DNA of 63,951 bases, the filler included. It is 14 parts of 14 records of this genome, joined end to end, with 100 filler letters (N's around TTAATTAATTAA, not from the genome) between each part and the next. Parts side by side here need not be neighbours in the genome. Positions count along the whole stretch, not along the records: positions 56,231 to 60,409 come from SRR7504441_20003; positions 60,510 to 63,951 come from SRR7504441_20034; 12 more parts are not named here. One strand, written 5' to 3'. A program made the translations under genes and the position numbers. Positions 59,362 to 63,951 of this stretch are shown here, in pieces. Under the pieces are notes generated by a model, which ran no database searches, was not told the DNA's origin, and saw only the letters and a list, made by a program, of their open reading frames with translations. Every line of letters begins with the position of its first letter. Positions within the stretch are counted from its first letter, which is position 1.

Positions 59362-60409
59362 ATGCGAGCTCAGGCGTGGCCCGTGTGGCTCGGGCTGCTG
59401 GCCTGGGTGGCGACGGCGCTCCCGGTGTCGGAGGAGCGGCTCAGCCTGGAGGCCACCGCGCTGCTCCAAGCCGACGGTGCCCCGGCCCGCGCCCCGCCGC
59501 TCACCCTGGGACAGCGCGGGCAGAGTTCGGGGGGCCCGACGCCCAGGGGATCGCCGACAACCTCCGGATCAACCGGTGGCGCCAGCGGCTGGCCCAGCTC
59601 AAGGTGCGGCTCGCCCGGCTACGCACCCAGTTGAGCCCGGGCCGATTCCAGGTCCAAGCGCGCGAGGAGAAGCAACGAGTGATCGCGGCCGCGCTGGCGG
59701 TGCCGGACCAGCGGGCCGGGACTCAGCTCGGAGAGGCTGGGCCTGCGCCGGAGGGAAAGGAGTCACACGCTGAGGCTCAGGCGCATAAAAGCGCCGCCAA
59801 GGTGGAGGCTCGGCAGAAGCTGAACGCGGCGCACCCTGCGAAGAACTCCGGGATCAGAGCCAAGCGAGACAAGGCCAAGGCAGAGTCGGCGGCCAAGGCC
59901 AGTCTGAGGCACGGCAAGCCCGAGGCTGCTGAGGCTGCGACGGGTGCCGCAGAGCAACGGGCACGGCACTCAGTAGACCAGGCACGAGCTGCCAGAGCAG
60001 TCAGTAAGGCCTCGCCACCGCCCGGTGGACCTGCACGAAACACAGAGCTAGCGCTCAAAGTCAAAGCAGACGCAGCCCAACAGGCTCAGAAGCGCAAGCA
60101 AGCAGAGCAGAAGAAAGTACATGCTGCATCCCAACCTAAGCAGGAGGAGACGTTGAGGAAGGAGCTTTCACAGCACATGGCAAACTTAAAAGCCCAGGCA
60201 GCGACCTCAAAGAAGCACGCGAAGGATGCGACGGCTGTTGTCGACGCGAAGATTTCAAATCTGCCCGCTGATGAAAAGAAAGTTATTCAGAACAGGGCTG
60301 CTCAGTATGATGCCGTTGCACATGCAGCAAAGAAGAAGGCCGAGCAAGACAAGCAGCGAGTTGAGGCCAGAGAGAAGGCTGACGCACAAAAGAAGGCCGA
60401 GCAAGACAA
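59362..60409 (+). CDS. Secreted Ala/Lys-rich coiled-coil protein, 3' partial
   Basis: Signal peptide MRAQAWPVWLGLLAWVATALP. A short intron links it to the 361-aa ORF. Confidence 0.5.
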
Positions 60410-60509
60410 NNNNNNNNNNNNNNNNNNNNNNNNNNNNNNNNNNNNNNNNNNNNTTAATTAATTAANNNNNNNNNNNNNNNNNNNNNNNNNNNNNNNNNNN
60501 NNNNNNNNN

Positions 60510-60974
60510 CACCCCAGCCGACGGCGCACTTTCAGGTCGGGTGTGTCCTGGACCGGAGTGCTCAACACCAGGACGCGGCCGCGCGGCTCGTCGGTTTGGC
60601 ATAGCAGCTCGACGGCCTTGTGCACCGCCGTGACTAACGGACCGGGCTGGTCGCAAGTCTGGGCGCCGCACGAGGGCAGCTCCGACAGCGGTCCGAGCAC
60701 CTGGCGCCCAAAGCTTGGCAGCCTCCGACCGACGGGCGCACCGCGTCTAGACTCTGCTCTGAGGCCCAGTCGGTGAGCACGGCGGGCGGGCCGGAGCGGG
60801 ACCAGCTGGCCACCAGCGCCAGTGCCGAGCCCGGTGCCTGCTGGGTCGGGTGAGCCGGCGCCCGGGGCGGGGGGCTGCCTGCTCGAAGCTGAGCCGGAAG
60901 TATTCGAGCAGGGCCGGGCGCAGGTGCTGCACCTCGCCCGATCCCTGGTGCAAGACCACCGCTGTCCGCAGCAT
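60510..60974 (-). CDS. vWA-like protein, possibly Integrator subunit 13 (asunder), 3' partial
   Basis: Spliced MLRTAVVLH..EYFRLSFEQAPGSALALVAS..LTDW..AVELLCQTDEPRGRVLVLS, reminiscent of the INTS13 vWA as recalled. GC-AG intron 60838-60878. Confidence 0.35.
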
Positions 60975-61098
60975 CGATCCCGGTGAGTCCTGGAGCCGTT
61001 GATTCCAACGGACAACTTAGCCCGGGCTCACAGTCGGGCATTTGGGCCAGCGGCCCGGGCCAGACCGGGGATCAAGGACTCTCAGACAGCCAGGCTCG

Positions 61099-63951
61099 AT
61101 GGTACCCGGCCGCACTGGCGGTTGAGCTGACCCGAGCTGGGGCGCAGGCACCGAAGCGGAAGCGGGTGGAGCGGATCGACTGCATCTGCGGGGACTGCCA
61201 CGGGCTGGACGAGGACTGCAACCTGTGCCGCGAGATGGCCATGGTCTGCTGCGAGACCTGCCTCTGCTGGCAGCACTGCGGTGCCCACCCCGCCCGGCCT
61301 GTGACCACAGCCGGTGGGCAGCTTGCCTGGGGATGATGACGCTCGCCGAGATCCCTACCGAGTTTTACTGCGAGCGCTGCGGACCGCCCGAGCTGCCCGA
61401 GCTGCCCGAGGACGTCTGGGTGACCCGGTGCCCGCCCTGGCGGACCGGGCTCATCCGCGGGTGCAGCTGCATCTGCGGCGACAGCCACGACAGTACCGCG
61501 GGCTGCGCTATCTGTGCGCCGGCCGAGCCCGCTGGTGCGAAGGCGGTCAGGCGAGTCGGCCGCGACTGCGATGGTGTGCTGCGACGACTGCGGCTGCTGG
61601 AGCCACATGGGTCGGCCCGGGTTTGGTCTGGGCTCAGCTGCTGGCGACAGGGTGTGTGGGGATCCTGACTAAGGAGCAGATCCCGACAGCTGAGTGGTAC
61701 TGTCACCTATGTCTGGATAAGAAGGTAATCGGCGGCTCAGCCCTGCTCAATCGGCGGCTACAGGGCCCGCGAGCTGCCACCGGCCGTGGGCGAGGTCGAG
61801 GACGAGGTCGAGGACGAGGTCGAGGCCGGGGGCGAGGCCGGGGACGAGGACGGGTGGGGGGTCGTGGGCGAGCCAAGTGCGCTCCAGCCAGGCGCAGTAC
61901 GGCTCACCAGGGGCCAGGCCAGCGCCACCGGAGCCTGAGCCCGAACCGGCGGCCCCCAAGCGGGTTTGCCCCCACTGGGCGCCTAGTGGGCTGACCGGCG
62001 AGGCAGAAGGGCCGTGTGAAGCCATGGGATGCCGCCAAGCTCACCCCGAGGATGATAGAGGCGGCCAAGCCGCGATTACAGTTGAGCAGCTCCAGGACCG
62101 CTCAGAGCAAGCACCCGCTGTCGGCCAAGGCAGGCGGCCGGCTGGCGTGCTGCGGCCAGCTGCGAGATTCAGGTGCGAGGAGTGCGCCCGCCGGATAAGC
62201 TCGCCGTCGAAGTGGGCGACCACATCGACGCGCATGACGACTTCTTCCAGTGGTACCCTTCCCGAGGTCGGCCGGCTCCAGGCCGGGCTGAGCGTTGGGC
62301 AGTGCTGAATATGGTCGACGGGTACGCATTCATCAGGTTTGGAGAATACCCTGCCAGGTTCAACACTTGGATTCCGATCAACTGCGGTGGGCCGCCCCCC
62401 GGGCCGCCTCACGCGGGTCGACAGGTCGGATGGCCCCTCTGAACACGTTTACGCAGGGATCGCCCACCGATGCAAAGACTGTGGGCACGACTGCCAATAT
62501 ATCGGTTGGTGCCACTGTGCTGGTGAGTCTGCCTCACAAGAAGGAGAGTGCATGGCACTCATGCCGAGCAGTGGCTACCTCTGAGGACGGCGAGAGCGTG
62601 TGCGTAGAGCTGGATCTAGTCTCGGAGGGCTACCTGTGGTTGGATATAAGGACTGGCAATGTGGGCATCTTTGCAACGGACCAGAAACCCGACAAAGGGT
62701 ATAAAGAGGGCACGGTGTCTGAGGCGGCAGCAAAGGCCAATTTCCACGCTTTTATCATCCGGAACAATCGGTTCGAGGTACCCAATCGATACACCGAGCC
62801 TGCCTTTATCGGGACTGGTGCATACGGGTGCGTGTGCTCAGCCATGGACACGTCTTTAAAAACGAATGTGGCGATTAAGAAAATATTCGACCTTCAGAGT
62901 TTGGACCGCGAGGACCTGCGTCGGACCCTGTCGGAGATCAAGGTGTTGCGGCACCTTCGCGGGCACGAGCACATCATCCACCTTCAGCAGGCATTTCCGC
63001 CTTTCGGGGGAGATACGAGCATGAACGAGCTCTACCTGGTGCTCAAGAGTTTCGAGGACGAGTCGCTCGCATCAGATCTCAAGCGGTACATCAAACAAAA
63101 TAAAATCATCAGCCTCGAGTGCATCCAGAGCTTTGGCCGGCAGCTTTTCTCGGCGCTCACGTATATCCATGGAGCAGGGATTGTCCATCGCGACCTGACT
63201 CCAAGCAACATCCTGGTGGGTCCGAATGGAGTGATCAAGGTGTGCGACTTTGGACTTGCAGCCTCAACGGTCAATCTTGGCCCTGATGGACTGCATACGT
63301 ATGTGGTGATGCGCTGGTATAGGGCACCAGAGTTGCTCTGTGGCCAGGCCCACTACGGGAGTGCTATTGATATATGGTCAGCTGGGTGTGTGCTAGCCGA
63401 GCTTATTGGGCGCAAGCCTGTGTTTCCGGGCAAGACTGCCAAAGACCAATTGAAGATCATCGTCAAGGGATTGGGTAAGCCGCCTCCAGCTGAGGTCGAG
63501 GAGTTCCTACTTGGAAGCAGTCAACCTGAGTTGCTCAAAGAACTGCCTGCCGCCACTGGTAAACCTTGGGAACAGCTAGTACAGGGCCCGGCCACTCCAG
63601 CGCTGGCAGAGCTGCTGGCAGCCACACTGACCATCAACCCTCAAGCACGAGCCTCGGCCAGCCAAGTACTCGAGCAAAGTACGTGGCTTGGAAAGGGTCC
63701 AAAGGTGGCATCGACCGAGCCCAGCCCAGGGCTATACGAGTTTAGTGCGGCGGATACGTCCGTGGAGGAGTTGCACGAGCTGTTGCATGCGGAAGTTACC
63801 AAGGACTTTGCTAGTCCCAGCTCCAATAATTTGGCGAAGCCGACAAGTAGTGAGCCAGAGGTCGCGCAGGAGCCAGCGGCTGGAGCGGAGCCTAAAGCTG
63901 CGGCTAGTGGCAAGGGTAGTGGCAAGGGTAGTGGCAAGGGTAAGGGTAAGA
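61099..63951 (+). CDS. PHD-PHD-(RG)n-Tudor-like-Tudor-like-atypical MAP kinase fusion, 3' partial; kinase absent from the ORF track
   Basis: 11 introns of 36-46 nt (61102-61147, 61281-61321, 61428-61466, 61514-61550, 61611-61650, 61725-61763, 61877-61917, 61964-62006, 62130-62172, 62267-62302, 62387-62424). Last exon from 62425 is open to the window end and encodes FEVPNRY..IGTGAYGCVCSA..VAIKKI..HRDLTPSN..CDFGLA..HTYVVMRWYRAPE..DIWSAGC..FPG. Confidence 0.82.

Noticed and set aside
8757-60509. Thirteen identical TTAATTAATTAA elements flanked by N runs, and ORFs ending in ...XXXLIN
   Set aside because: Artificial contig-joining linkers, not biological repeats or a CRISPR array.
62522-62571. 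Apparent GTGAG...CAG intron separating the Tudor region from the kinase
   Set aside because: Splicing it gives an early TAG and destroys the second Tudor-like domain, while reading through is stop-free and in frame with the kinase. It remains possible as a minor kinase-less isoform.
1-63951. A multi-gene cluster or operon-like system spanning the window
   Set aside because: Contigs are arbitrarily concatenated and eukaryotic. Within contigs, neighbouring genes show no shared pathway.

Overview
This window is not one locus. It is 14 short contigs of an intron-rich, GC-rich unicellular eukaryote (MAG/SAG style), joined by artificial 100-nt linkers (N44-TTAATTAATTAA-N44), so synteny only holds within a contig. 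Genes are split by very short spliceosomal introns (mostly 35-50 nt), at least eight of which are best explained with GC-AG ends, so the ORF track fragments most genes; I re-spliced them by hand. I saw no rRNA, tRNA, CRISPR array or transposase. Main candidates: (1) a gene whose kinase the ORF track misses, fusing two PHD fingers, an RG tract and two Tudor-like domains to an atypical MAP kinase that has lost the TxY threonine and its partner residues (61099 to window end); (2) a single-chain PDT/ADT-ACT + plant-type arogenate dehydrogenase + class-Ib aminotransferase, i.e. the post-prephenate Phe/Tyr pathway in one protein (27287-30795); (3) an intron-containing >1500-aa beta-repeat protein resembling phage tail fibres or spikes (14752-19487). 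All domain calls come from motif recognition by eye, not database searches.
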